From the IMG/VR virus record IMGVR_UViG_3300027749_000091: a stretch of DNA of 64,000 bases; one strand, written 5' to 3'. The DNA comes from an uncultured virus (IMG/VR IMGVR_UViG_3300027749_000091). Lineage: Duplodnaviria; Heunggongvirae; Uroviricota; Caudoviricetes. How positions within the stretch are numbered: position 1 is the stretch's first letter; the number at the start of each line of letters is the position of its first letter. This document shows positions 18,801 to 28,086 of the stretch, piece after piece. A model generated the notes under the pieces. The model worked only from the letters and a program-made list of their open reading frames with translations. It was not told the origin of the DNA and ran no database searches. The translations under genes and the position numbers were made by a program.

Positions 18801-18816
18801 CTGTATGGATATACAT
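18801..18816. promoter_or_regulatory. LexA-type box (1 mismatch) in the putative sRNA promoter
   Basis: CTGT-ATGGATAT-ACAT, adjacent to a minus-strand TGG-TATATT -10-like element. Confidence 0.55.
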
Positions 18817-18869
18817 AAGGGTTTACCCTAATCTATCTGGTAACGTTACCACATAGCTAGGTGTTTACC

Positions 18870-19223
18870 CTAATATTCCTTAATAGTTACTTGACACCCA
18901 CCACCTTTAATCTTCTTGCCGCGCTCAATGGTTATCTTCCAGACCTGTTGGTCATCATCAAAAGCCCCGGCGTCCTGTAAGGAATCTCCTAGGCACTTCA
19001 GCATATTGTCAATATCCATGAGCCGGTTGTCGCGGGGAAACAATAGAACATTAAACTCAACCTTTGAGCTACCAAACCCTTGATGATTGCTGGCCTCCCA
19101 TATTTCCTTTACGCACCTTTTAAATTCAACACCGCGCTTAGAAATGTAACGGCGCTTACCAGAAGCTAGCCAATAAGCATTGACAGAAACTGGATATGGT
19201 AAGGTTAGGGTAATTACTGACAC
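18870..19223 (-). CDS. rusA: RusA-family Holliday junction resolvase
   Basis: LPYPVSVN.YW; PRDNRLMDIDNMLK..GDSL..AG..DDDQQV. Confidence 0.9.
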   Translation of the reverse strand: MSVITLTLPYPVSVNAYWLASGKRRYISKRGVEFKRCVKEIWEASNHQGFGSSKVEFNVLLFPRDNRLMDIDNMLKCLGDSLQDAGAFDDDQQVWKITIERGKKIKGGGCQVTIKEY

Positions 19224-19301
19224 AATAGTTGAAAGAAAGTGGGTATAACCTATTTACAATTATTCATTCATGGATTATATTCCCAATCAGAGGAGAGGCA
19301 A

Positions 19302-20156
19302 ATGAAAAAGGTGTGTGTAGTTAATTTCTGGGATGGCGCGTTCGATGGGGACTTTTTTGAGTTCTTTTTCCGCACTGCCTTTGACGGCATAGAATATGTA
19401 GATAGCCCGCATGAAGCTGACGTAGTTATTAGTTCCGTATTTGGACATACACAGACCGACCCTGCAAAAACAATTATGTATATTGGCGAGAATGTACGTC
19501 CTAATTACATGGGATACAACCACTCCCTTTCATTTGATCACGATACCTATGGTGGACGTAATTTTCGTTTACCTTTATGGTGGTCACGCCTTGCATGGGA
19601 TGGATTTACACAAAAGCCCCGCAAACAGAATTCCCACAATCATGGATACGAAGACCTTATATCCATTGATTCCCTAACAAACGGGCGCACTCTTGATTTG
19701 AGCCAGAAGACTAAGTTCTGCGCCATGATTGCTGGGAACCCTGAAGGTCTGCGGATCAACTTGTACAACTCACTGCACAAGTACAAACCAGTAGACGGGT
19801 ACGGGCTTATGTTTGGCAACTCATTACGCCAATCTAAGTTTGATATTTTGCCTGAGTATAAGTTTTGCTTATGCCCAGAGAATTCGGTTTATGACGGCTA
19901 TGTAACTGAGAAACTGATTGACGCATACGCGGGCGGCACTGTGCCTATTTATGGCGGCGATGTATCGGTGTCCGAAGACTTTAACCACAACGCATTTTTA
20001 AACTATCAAGAAATCAAAGATATGGAAAAGTTTGTAGAACACGTTTCTTTTTTTGACCGCAACACAGAAGCATACCGAGCTGTATATGAAAGGCCTTTAC
20101 TGGACGAAGCGCCAAGTCTTGACGGCGCAATTAAATTTATAAGGAGCATTGTATGA
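19302..20156 (+). CDS. Glycosyltransferase family 10 (alpha-1,3-fucosyltransferase-like)
   Basis: Signature YKFCLCPENS..DGYVTEKL.DAY..GTVPIY.G. RBS GAGGAG before ATG19302. Confidence 0.88.
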   Translation: MKKVCVVNFWDGAFDGDFFEFFFRTAFDGIEYVDSPHEADVVISSVFGHTQTDPAKTIMYIGENVRPNYMGYNHSLSFDHDTYGGRNFRLPLWWSRLAWDGFTQKPRKQNSHNHGYEDLISIDSLTNGRTLDLSQKTKFCAMIAGNPEGLRINLYNSLHKYKPVDGYGLMFGNSLRQSKFDILPEYKFCLCPENSVYDGYVTEKLIDAYAGGTVPIYGGDVSVSEDFNHNAFLNYQEIKDMEKFVEHVSFFDRNTEAYRAVYERPLLDEAPSLDGAIKFIRSIV

Positions 20157-20365
20157 AGATAAAAACAAAACTACTTAAAGAAAAAAAAGATGGCTCGGCT
20201 ATTTGCCAACTTGATTTAGATAGGGAAGCTAAAGACTGGTTAATAGGTGAGGGGTTTGTATCCGTGCTAAGTAAAGCATTGGGAGTGTCAGAGTCATTTG
20301 CAAAGAAACAGCCTAAACGAATAAGAGAACTAGTAAAAGATTTAGATATGGACGGGCGTTGTTGA
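20153..20365 (+). CDS. Small hypothetical protein
   Basis: 70 aa, ATGA overlap with the GT10 gene. Confidence 0.55.
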   Translation: MKIKTKLLKEKKDGSAICQLDLDREAKDWLIGEGFVSVLSKALGVSESFAKKQPKRIRELVKDLDMDGRC

Positions 20366-21234
20366 TGAAATCTAAGTACGGCATACAGCACCCACACTCG
20401 CCTGTAATGGAGTTAACTACTATGGTTGGCTGCCCGCTGATGTGTTCATTTTGCCCGCAAGAGAACCTACGGGACAACTACGGCGATAAGGCCAAGTACA
20501 TGAAGCCAATGGATTTGGTAACGGTGTTATGTAAGTTACCAAAGAACACCCGTATAGATTTTTCAGGCATGAGCGAGCCTTGGGCTAACCCAGATTGCAC
20601 GACTATGCTAGAAGAAGTTATATACATGGGCTTTAATGTGGCGATTTATACAACCCTGTACGGCATGACAAACGAAGATGCCCGCAAGGTTAAGAAGTTA
20701 TTAGAAGATCATCCTAAGCAAGTAGAAGTAATTATGTTTCATTTGCCTGATTCCAACGGCAACATGAAAGGCTGGAAGTATTCAGAAGAATGGGTAGAGT
20801 CGCTAAAGATAATGACAGAGCTTGAGCTGCCTTGTGGGTTTAACGCCATGACTATGGACGGATCAGGTAAGGTTCATGCTGATCTTCAGGAAATGATTGG
20901 CGATTTACCCGGCTGGAAAGGCCATACACGGGCAGATAGCCTAAAGATAGAGCAAGTAGGCGAACAGGCACTAAGCCTTACACCACGCCATGACTTTGCC
21001 TTAACTTGCGCATCTACACCGTTTTACGACCGCAACGTCTTGCTACCTAATGGCGATGTGGTGTTGTGCTGTATGGACTACAACTTAAAGCACGTTATAG
21101 GGAACTTACTAACCCAAACTTATGACGAGATATTTGCGGGTAAACCACTACTTGATTTGATTGCTATGAACGAGAAGCCTGAGTTTAACAAGTGCAGTAT
21201 ATGTAAGTCGTGTGATAACGTGAGGAAAATATGA
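20359..21234 (+). CDS. Radical SAM protein with SPASM/Twitch C-terminal domain
   Basis: CxxxCxxC (CPLMCSFC), F.GMSEP; C-terminal C...NGDVVLCCMD...IGN...CKSC. Confidence 0.88.
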   Translation: MLMKSKYGIQHPHSPVMELTTMVGCPLMCSFCPQENLRDNYGDKAKYMKPMDLVTVLCKLPKNTRIDFSGMSEPWANPDCTTMLEEVIYMGFNVAIYTTLYGMTNEDARKVKKLLEDHPKQVEVIMFHLPDSNGNMKGWKYSEEWVESLKIMTELELPCGFNAMTMDGSGKVHADLQEMIGDLPGWKGHTRADSLKIEQVGEQALSLTPRHDFALTCASTPFYDRNVLLPNGDVVLCCMDYNLKHVIGNLLTQTYDEIFAGKPLLDLIAMNEKPEFNKCSICKSCDNVRKI

Positions 21235-21482
21235 GAGAAGAATTTTTAGCATGGGCAAAGAAAAAGAGATTATTAGAAGAGGGGAATTTAGAATCAACAG
21301 ATCATATGGTTGGTTGGCTATGGATTACTTGGCAAACAGCATGGAGAGTGGGCGCCGCAAGCCATAAACCCACAATGGATAAGTTGCGCATGGAACGCGA
21401 TGCTTATGAACAAGAAATACAAAAAACACTTACACAGAAATATTATTTTGAGGCTTTGGCAGAACAAAACGAAAAATTATGA
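21231..21482 (+). CDS. Small hypothetical protein
   Basis: 83 aa, coupled to both neighbours. Confidence 0.5.
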   Translation: MREEFLAWAKKKRLLEEGNLESTDHMVGWLWITWQTAWRVGAASHKPTMDKLRMERDAYEQEIQKTLTQKYYFEALAEQNEKL

Positions 21483-22210
21483 TTGATCAACTAAAAGAAC
21501 TAGTAAAAGCGCTGCGCCCTGTAAAGACTAAGTTTGATCTTATACGGATAGGTGGGGTTAATGACGGCGGGTACTTAATACCTAATGATTTAGAAGGTAT
21601 AGCTGCCTGTTTCTCACCCGGCGTTGCTGATACAGCTAGTTTTGAGGTAGACCTATGTAAGCGTGGTATTGGATCACACCTTGCAGACGGGTCGGTTGAC
21701 GGCGCACCTAAAGGTATTACGCCATTATCATTTACCAAGAAGTATCTAGACGGATACAACGATGAGAACAACATAACTTTATTTTCTTGGGTATTGGGGA
21801 CAGATGCGTATCAGTTTGGTGAGGACTTGATTCTTCAGATGGATATTGAAGGCGCCGAATATGCAACTATCATAGCTACCCCGCTATGTGTATTAAAAAA
21901 GTTTAGGATTATTTGTGTAGAAATTCACGACACCGATGCGTGGTTTAATCCAATTGCTTGGAACACCGTAGCAACATTCTTTGCCAAACTAACAGAAGAC
22001 TTTTACGTAGTGCATAACCACCCAAACAATAACTGTGGGACTGTAGATGCTAATGGATTCTTTTTACCCCGAGTATTTGAATTAACCCTATTACGTAAAG
22101 ACAGAAGTGAGGCGCTTGGTTTTGTAGAAGACTTGCCTCACCCATTAGATGCCCGCAACGTACTTGATAAAGACGTATTAAAACTACCAAAGGAATGGTA
22201 TGGAGCTTAG
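21479..22210 (+). CDS. FkbM-like SAM-dependent methyltransferase
   Basis: RIGG.NDGGY, SPGV...SFE, LQMDIEGAEY, VEIH, H.HPNN. Confidence 0.8.
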   Translation: MIDQLKELVKALRPVKTKFDLIRIGGVNDGGYLIPNDLEGIAACFSPGVADTASFEVDLCKRGIGSHLADGSVDGAPKGITPLSFTKKYLDGYNDENNITLFSWVLGTDAYQFGEDLILQMDIEGAEYATIIATPLCVLKKFRIICVEIHDTDAWFNPIAWNTVATFFAKLTEDFYVVHNHPNNNCGTVDANGFFLPRVFELTLLRKDRSEALGFVEDLPHPLDARNVLDKDVLKLPKEWYGA

Positions 22211-22361
22211 AGACGAATTTGCTAAATCAATTATGGCTGGCATTATTGCGGCTGATTGGAAATTTGATTTGACTGAAAAGAAGTGGGACGAGATTGCCGC
22301 TAAACGTGCCTATGAATTAGCCGATGCCATGATTAAAGAGAGGGAGATTGGGAATGTCTGA
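22200..22361 (+). CDS. Small phage protein of the RD.FA...AY..ADAM type (absent from ORF track)
   Basis: MELRDEFAKSIMAG...AYELADAMIKER, similar to 11764-11940. Confidence 0.6.
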   Translation: MELRDEFAKSIMAGIIAADWKFDLTEKKWDEIAAKRAYELADAMIKEREIGNV

Positions 22362-23028
22362 GCGCATTATGGTTATTACCCCGACTACTGCGAAAAATAC
22401 AGTAAAGAAAGCTATTGAAAGTGTTAAGGCGCAAACAATAGCAACAGATCATTTAATTGTGGCTGATGGGATAGATACGGATTTTTCGATTATGCCTTAT
22501 TTTATGAGGCTACCTGAAAACGTAGGGGGCAATGGTTGGTATGGACACAGAGTTTATGCGGCTATGCCACTAATGGTAAACGCTGATTACATTTTATTTT
22601 TAGATGAAGATAATTGGTTTGAGCCAAACCATGTAGAGACGATGCTTAACAAGATTAAAAGTAAAGATTTAATGTGGGCTTATAGTTTAAGGAGAATTTG
22701 TGATGAATCAGGACAATATGTTTGTGACGATGATTGCGAGTCACTCGGTCGCTACCCGGCGTTTTATGACCATTCTCTCAATTTTGTTGATACTAATTGT
22801 TATTGCTTTCGGCGTGAATTCTTGGTTACTGTGGCACACAGTTTTTATGGTCAGTGGGGTGCAGATCGGCCCTTCTATAAAGCTGCCAGCACAGGCTTGC
22901 CTGCCTTCGGATGCACAGGAGAGGCTACGGTTAATTACCGAGCGCCCGAAAGATTACTTAAGATGTTTGCAGAAGGAAACAAACTAATGAAAGATGCATA
23001 TAAACCCTTACCTTGGAGGTTGAAATGA
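22354..23028 (+). CDS. Glycosyltransferase family 2-like protein
   Basis: VITPT...AIESVKAQT, LIVADG, YILFLDEDNW (DxD motif). Confidence 0.8.
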   Translation: MSERIMVITPTTAKNTVKKAIESVKAQTIATDHLIVADGIDTDFSIMPYFMRLPENVGGNGWYGHRVYAAMPLMVNADYILFLDEDNWFEPNHVETMLNKIKSKDLMWAYSLRRICDESGQYVCDDDCESLGRYPAFYDHSLNFVDTNCYCFRREFLVTVAHSFYGQWGADRPFYKAASTGLPAFGCTGEATVNYRAPERLLKMFAEGNKLMKDAYKPLPWRLK

Positions 23029-23236
23029 TCTGGGAAATAGCCTGCAAGATTGATGAATTAAACAACAAAATATCTAACGCCGCCGATGTACTTGAACTTG
23101 TTGCTGATGACATAGTTAGTCAGCCACACAGCGGAGCATTATGGTTGGTGCGGGATATGCTGAACGAAACAAACAAGGCCATTGAGCTATTGGTAAGTGA
23201 TTTAATGCATGAAGATAAACCTAAAGGAAAAAAGAA

Positions 23237-24028
23237 ATGAGTTTTAAAAAGAAACCACAGATGATTCAAGTCCAAAAGCCAGCACAACAAACCAAGTTGT
23301 TTGTAGCTACCCCAATGTATGGCGGTATGTGTACTGGTATGTACTCTTCTGCCGTAATGCAGATGGTTGGCGTTTGTGGGCAGAACAACATTCAGATGTA
23401 CTACTCTTTTATGATGAACGAGTCGTTGATTACCCGCGCTAGGAACTCGATGGCCTATGATTTTATGGAGTCCGATGCTACCCACCTAATGTTTATTGAT
23501 GCGGACATAGCCTTTAACCCTGCTGATATTCCCCGTATGGTTGCGGCAGATAAGGACATTATCTGTGGCCTGTATCCTAAGAAAGAAATCAATTGGGTGC
23601 AAGTAACCGAGGCTGTAAAAGCGGGCGTACCACCAGATCAATTACATTTTCATACTGGCGCATTTGTGCTTAACCTAGCCCACGGAGAGAGCCAGACTAC
23701 AGGCAACGTTAATGAGCCTATTGAGATTTCTAACGGCGGAACTGGCTTTATGCTGATTAAGCGCAAGGTTTTTGAACACTTATCCGATAAGGTTCCAAGT
23801 TATACCAACGATATGTACCACGCAGTCGATGTTGTGCGTAAGGTTAAGATCATTAAAGAATTCTTTGCTACCAGCATTGATGAAGAATCTAACCGTCTGT
23901 TGTCAGAGGACTATCACTTCTGCAAGATTTCAAGGATGGCTGGATTTAAGGTTTTCTGCGCGCCTTGGGCTAGTTTTAGTCATACAGGTTCTTACAACTT
24001 TAGCGGCACATTGCCGAGGTCTGCATGA
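23237..24028 (+). CDS. GT-A fold glycosyltransferase
   Basis: VATPMYGG, ESLITRARN, HLMFIDADI, GTGFMLIKR, SEDYHFC. Confidence 0.8.
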   Translation: MSFKKKPQMIQVQKPAQQTKLFVATPMYGGMCTGMYSSAVMQMVGVCGQNNIQMYYSFMMNESLITRARNSMAYDFMESDATHLMFIDADIAFNPADIPRMVAADKDIICGLYPKKEINWVQVTEAVKAGVPPDQLHFHTGAFVLNLAHGESQTTGNVNEPIEISNGGTGFMLIKRKVFEHLSDKVPSYTNDMYHAVDVVRKVKIIKEFFATSIDEESNRLLSEDYHFCKISRMAGFKVFCAPWASFSHTGSYNFSGTLPRSA

Positions 24029-24178
24029 GTGGCTGGTTAATAATCGTAACTGGTCTTATATACGCCTATATAGCGGTTGAACAGGGTCTTAAAGGGAACA
24101 TACCCATGCTGATCTGTTACATATGCTATGCGGGCGCTAACGTAGGTTTATGGATGATGGCAACTAAGTGAGGAAATT

Positions 24179-24469
24179 GTGAAGAAAATATTAATAGCTG
24201 TATGTTTATACAGTGGTGTTGTATCAGCGCAGATAACAAGCTGGGAGAATAGTCCTATGAACTTTAAAAACTCAGATATGAATTTTAATAATAGTTCTAG
24301 CAATTTTAAAAATTCTCCATATAATTGGGAAACCAGCGAATACAACTACAACACAAAAGCTGGGGTTTACGATAATAGCGGCAACCGTCTTGGTTATGAA
24401 ACAATGAACAAAGATGGTGTATTAAATTATTACGATAACAGCGGTAACCGTACAGCATACGGAAGATAG
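24179..24469 (+). CDS. Putative secreted Asn-rich repeat protein
   Basis: Signal-peptide-like MKKILIAVCLYSGVVSA. Heptad repeats (W/F)xNSxxN and two YDNSGNR repeats. Confidence 0.65.
   Translation: MKKILIAVCLYSGVVSAQITSWENSPMNFKNSDMNFNNSSSNFKNSPYNWETSEYNYNTKAGVYDNSGNRLGYETMNKDGVLNYYDNSGNRTAYGR
24198..24213. promoter_or_regulatory. Perfect LexA-type box inside the 5' end of an ORF
   Basis: CTGT-ATGTTTAT-ACAG, about 420 bp upstream of the exonuclease/SSAP genes. Confidence 0.45.
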
Positions 24470-24631
24470 AGGAAAAGATGATTGATTACGCAGAAAGCTT
24501 GCTTACACTTGCAAAAGGTACAAAGGAACTTGACCACCTATTGCTTAGTAATGACCGCACAAAAGCAGTAGATAAGGTTGATGATTTGATTGTTACGTTG
24601 ATTGGTTTGAAACTTTGGCTAAAGAAAAAAA

Positions 24632-25513
24632 ATGAAAATAACAAATAAGTTTGGCCTGCCACAGACATTTGTTAATGTACTGAGCCGTGATGCCTACACC
24701 AAAGGTAAGGCACATTTATCTGCTACTGAGATTATCAATAGCCCGCAGATTGTGCAGCTCAAATCATTACACGCAGATGAGATTGAGGTTGATGTAACCG
24801 ATATGATCTGGTCTATATTTGGTACGGCGGTTCATGCAGTATTGGAACAGGGCAAGGACGATAACCATATCGTAGAAGAAAGATTACACGCTGAGATTGA
24901 TGGCTGGAATATATCTGGCGCAATTGATCTACAGATTGTTAATCCAGAAGGCATAGAGGTTAACGATTATAAAACTGTAGGCGCATGGGGAGTAATGAAT
25001 GAGAAAAAGGAATGGGAAGAGCAACTTAACATTTATGCTTGGTTGGTCGAAAAGGTTAAGAAAACGCCCGTCAATCGGCTCAAGATTATTGCAATTGTTA
25101 GGGATTGGAATCGCAGGGACGCTATCTCTCGTGCTGGCTATCCCGAAACTCCTGTTGCAATCGTTGATATTTCTGTCTGGCCTATGCAAAGACGTGAAGA
25201 ATTTATTCGTAGTCGCATTCACGCCCATTCAGAAGCCTTATTCGCAACGGAAACCGGCGGGGAATTGCCGCCCTGTAGTCCGGAAGATATGTGGGAAAAA
25301 TCCACGGTCTTCGCCGTCAAAAAAGATGGAGCAGTAAGAGCAAAGATCTTATGTAGCACTTTAGAGGAAGCAGAAGAAGAGCTACAGAGGCTGGGAAAAG
25401 GGTTTTTTATAGAAACCCGACCCGGAGAGAGAACACGATGCGCTAACTTTTGTCAGGTTAGTGGGTGGTGTAAGCAGTATCAAACTTACTTAAAGGAGAA
25501 GCAAAATGATTAA
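24632..25513 (+). CDS. PD-(D/E)XK exonuclease (RecB/Cas4-like)
   Basis: FGTAVH, EERL, ISGAIDL, DYKT, QLNIY; C-terminal RC..FC.V..WC. Confidence 0.8.
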   Translation: MKITNKFGLPQTFVNVLSRDAYTKGKAHLSATEIINSPQIVQLKSLHADEIEVDVTDMIWSIFGTAVHAVLEQGKDDNHIVEERLHAEIDGWNISGAIDLQIVNPEGIEVNDYKTVGAWGVMNEKKEWEEQLNIYAWLVEKVKKTPVNRLKIIAIVRDWNRRDAISRAGYPETPVAIVDISVWPMQRREEFIRSRIHAHSEALFATETGGELPPCSPEDMWEKSTVFAVKKDGAVRAKILCSTLEEAEEELQRLGKGFFIETRPGERTRCANFCQVSGWCKQYQTYLKEKQND

Positions 25514-25931
25514 ACGTATTGAAATTAAACACACCCCAATCCCAACCGGTCAATTGGCTAAAGAACTTGGTATTAATTTAAAGAAGGATTTTATTGTTAG
25601 GAATCTGCGGGTAAAGCCATTTCTTGATACCAAAATAACCGCTTATTGGGATGATGTTCCCTTGATTAGAGCAAGGCTTGGCGCTTACTTTACTAGAACT
25701 TCAAAGTTATAAGGAGATAGGTTATGTTTAACAGAGTATATAAGTATCTTAAAAAGGAACTTTGGGGTGGCGAGAAAGATTGGCAACCAGCAAAGGAAAC
25801 CATTTACTACGGCCTTATGACAGATGAAGAGATAGCAGATATGCGCAAGCGTAATGAGGCTGCTATGGCTAAATCTAAAAAAAGCCTAGGTAAGAAGTGG
25901 TTACTGCATCCATCTAACAAGGTTATTCGTA

Positions 25932-26180
25932 ATGACGGCTAATAACTTTCAGGTTGGCGGAGATCATTATTCCAAGAATGCAATCCAGCCGTGGGATTAC
26001 ATTGTTGCCAATGAACTTGGCTACCTTGAGGGGAACATTGTTAAGTACATAACAAGGTGGCGCGATAAGGGCGGCATACAGGATATTGATAAAGTAATCC
26101 ACTATGCACAGAAGTTAAAAGAGGTAGAGGCATTGAAAAATTTAAAAGAGGACTATGATGGAATACAAAGAACTACGTAG
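25932..26180 (+). CDS. DUF3310-like protein (T7 gp1.7/SaV-like)
   Basis: QVGGDHY...IQPWDYI...EGNIVKYITR...KGG.QD..K. Confidence 0.8.
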   Translation: MTANNFQVGGDHYSKNAIQPWDYIVANELGYLEGNIVKYITRWRDKGGIQDIDKVIHYAQKLKEVEALKNLKEDYDGIQRTT

Positions 26181-26871
26181 CATTGACGTATCCAAGTACA
26201 CAGAGAAGAAGAACGGCCTAACGTACCTTTCTTGGGCGTGGGCCGTGGATCAATTGTTGTTAGCTGATCCTAAGGCGCATTGGTTTTATCCAGAATTCCA
26301 GCGGTGGGGTAATGGAACCGTAATGGTCTTCTGTACTGTTGTAGCGAATGATATCGCCCGCACAGCGCAGTTGCCCGTTATGGATTACCGCAATAAGCCT
26401 ATTGCTGAGCCTGATTCATTTGCTGTTAACACGGCAATGCAAAGGGCACTGGCTAAGGCGATTGCGCTCCACGGAATTGGCCTGTACATATACAACGGTG
26501 AGGATATTCCGCCTGAATTGGGGAATGATGTAACTATGGTAGAGCCGGTTTCATTAACCGTAACAGCTAAACCAGCAGAAGCAACAATTACTCTTTCTAA
26601 ACCAGAGGGCAAAGCGTTATTTGCCAGCGAGAAGGTATCCTCAAAGTTACCCGGACAATGGACTCTTAAGCCAATCGGAGATGATTTTATTGGATCATTG
26701 AATGTTGGGCTAGATGCAATGCTGCAATTAGCTGCCTCAGAAGATGATGTAGCTAATATTTTTAAGGTTAATCGCTCTACTTTTGATAAAGCAAAAGCCC
26801 AGAATCTAGATGCATACAACCAGATGATGGCTAAATTTACCGCAACCAAGAAGTCTTTAATTAAGGAATAA
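26155..26871 (+). CDS. Sak/Rad52-like single-strand annealing protein (DUF1071-like)
   Basis: EKKNGLTYLSWAWA, LPVMDYRNK, VNTAMQRALAKAIALHGIGLYIY.GED. Confidence 0.88.
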   Translation: MMEYKELRSIDVSKYTEKKNGLTYLSWAWAVDQLLLADPKAHWFYPEFQRWGNGTVMVFCTVVANDIARTAQLPVMDYRNKPIAEPDSFAVNTAMQRALAKAIALHGIGLYIYNGEDIPPELGNDVTMVEPVSLTVTAKPAEATITLSKPEGKALFASEKVSSKLPGQWTLKPIGDDFIGSLNVGLDAMLQLAASEDDVANIFKVNRSTFDKAKAQNLDAYNQMMAKFTATKKSLIKE

Positions 26872-26873
26872 AA

Positions 26874-27143
26874 ATGGAATACCCAAACAAAGGATCGCTT
26901 TTCCCATCAACTGTTCGCAAATCTGAGAAATCACCCGATTTCTTTGGCAGCATTAAAGTAGATCGTTCTTATCTACGCGATCTTATGGATAAACATGACG
27001 AAGATCTTGTTGAGATCAAGCTTTCTGGTTGGAAGCGCGAATCTAAAACCGGTAATCGGTTCCTATCTTTAGCTGTAGATACCTACGTAAAGCCTGAAGG
27101 TCCTCCAGTTACAAAATCTCAGGAGAAAGATCCGTGGGAATGA
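26874..27143 (+). CDS. Probable small ssDNA-binding protein (DUF736-like)
   Basis: NKGSLF...KSPDF.G.I...LSGW...SKTG..FLSL; acidic-aromatic tail DPWE. Follows the SSAP gene. Confidence 0.65.
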   Translation: MEYPNKGSLFPSTVRKSEKSPDFFGSIKVDRSYLRDLMDKHDEDLVEIKLSGWKRESKTGNRFLSLAVDTYVKPEGPPVTKSQEKDPWE

Positions 27144-27806
27144 AAAAATATTTAACTAAAGAAAGTAAAAAGTTTTTTACTTTTGATGAGATTAATGAGG
27201 AGCTTGCTAAACCAATACCAGTAGATTGGGAAAAGTTATGCAAGCAACTTCAGGAAGCTTTGGCTAAAGAAATGTGCGAAACCCAAGATCTAGAAGCCGA
27301 AAGAGATAAGCTACTCATGGAAATGATGGAGCTGAAGGGTGTTATTAAGTATCTTGAGAATCAATTAATTATCACGTTTGAAAGGACGTATGGAAACCAG
27401 CCAATTTGAGGCCAAGAAGGTTGCTTTAAAGCAAACTAAGGACGGTCATGTGCTTACCCTAGCAATACACCCTGATGACTCTCCAGAAGAGATTCTGAGG
27501 GATTTTGTAGGTGCTAGGTATATGGTTGTTATGGTTCGCTTGGCGGATACAGAAGTACCATTCAATCGGGATGAATTTGCGGGCGCGCAAATGGTGAAGC
27601 TAGCCGGTATGTTGTGTCGGGATTCCAAGTTCTGGGATTACTTATATGAAGACGGGCAGCTATTTGAAACCAGCGAGGCCGCCTGTATTGATTGGTTGCA
27701 GTCCTATTTAAGAGTAGCGTCTAGGGCTGAGATTAAAACTAACCTAGAAGCACAGGGTGCATTAAAGATTTTATATGCACAATATAAGGAATGGAAAAAT
27801 GAGTAA
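27134..27806 (+). other. Two hypothetical ORFs (27134-27409 coiled coil; 27390-27806)
   Basis: ORF track; co-directional and overlapping. Confidence 0.5.
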
Positions 27807-28086
27807 TGATAATTTAATACCGTATAGCCTTTATTTGCCGCAAAAGCAGATAAACCAGCTTAAAGTTATGGCAAAGAACCGTAAGGCGTCCTCTTTTATT
27901 AGGGATGCTTTGATCATGGCATTGGAAAAGAATGATGCATTTACAAGCGGCTACAACAAAGGATTAAGAGATGCGTGTAAAGCGGTTAACAACATCAAAG
28001 AATCCAACATGATTGTTATTAAGGGTAAACCCTTAAGCGAAGTTCTTATTGAGCAAATTCATATGTTAGAAGAAAATGGAAAATAA
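27799..28086 (+). CDS. Ribbon-helix-helix-like DNA-binding protein
   Basis: YSLYLP...QLK.MAK...ASSFIRDAL pattern. Confidence 0.5.
   Translation: MSNDNLIPYSLYLPQKQINQLKVMAKNRKASSFIRDALIMALEKNDAFTSGYNKGLRDACKAVNNIKESNMIVIKGKPLSEVLIEQIHMLEENGK

Noticed and set aside
24632..25513. Cas4 as evidence of CRISPR-Cas
   Set aside because: A solo phage exonuclease beside Sak and SSB-like genes; no array or other cas genes.
17281..27480. Other CTGATGA heptamers (about 17281, 23104, 27472)
   Set aside because: All lie inside coding regions and lack the GAAAC/GUH stem geometry.
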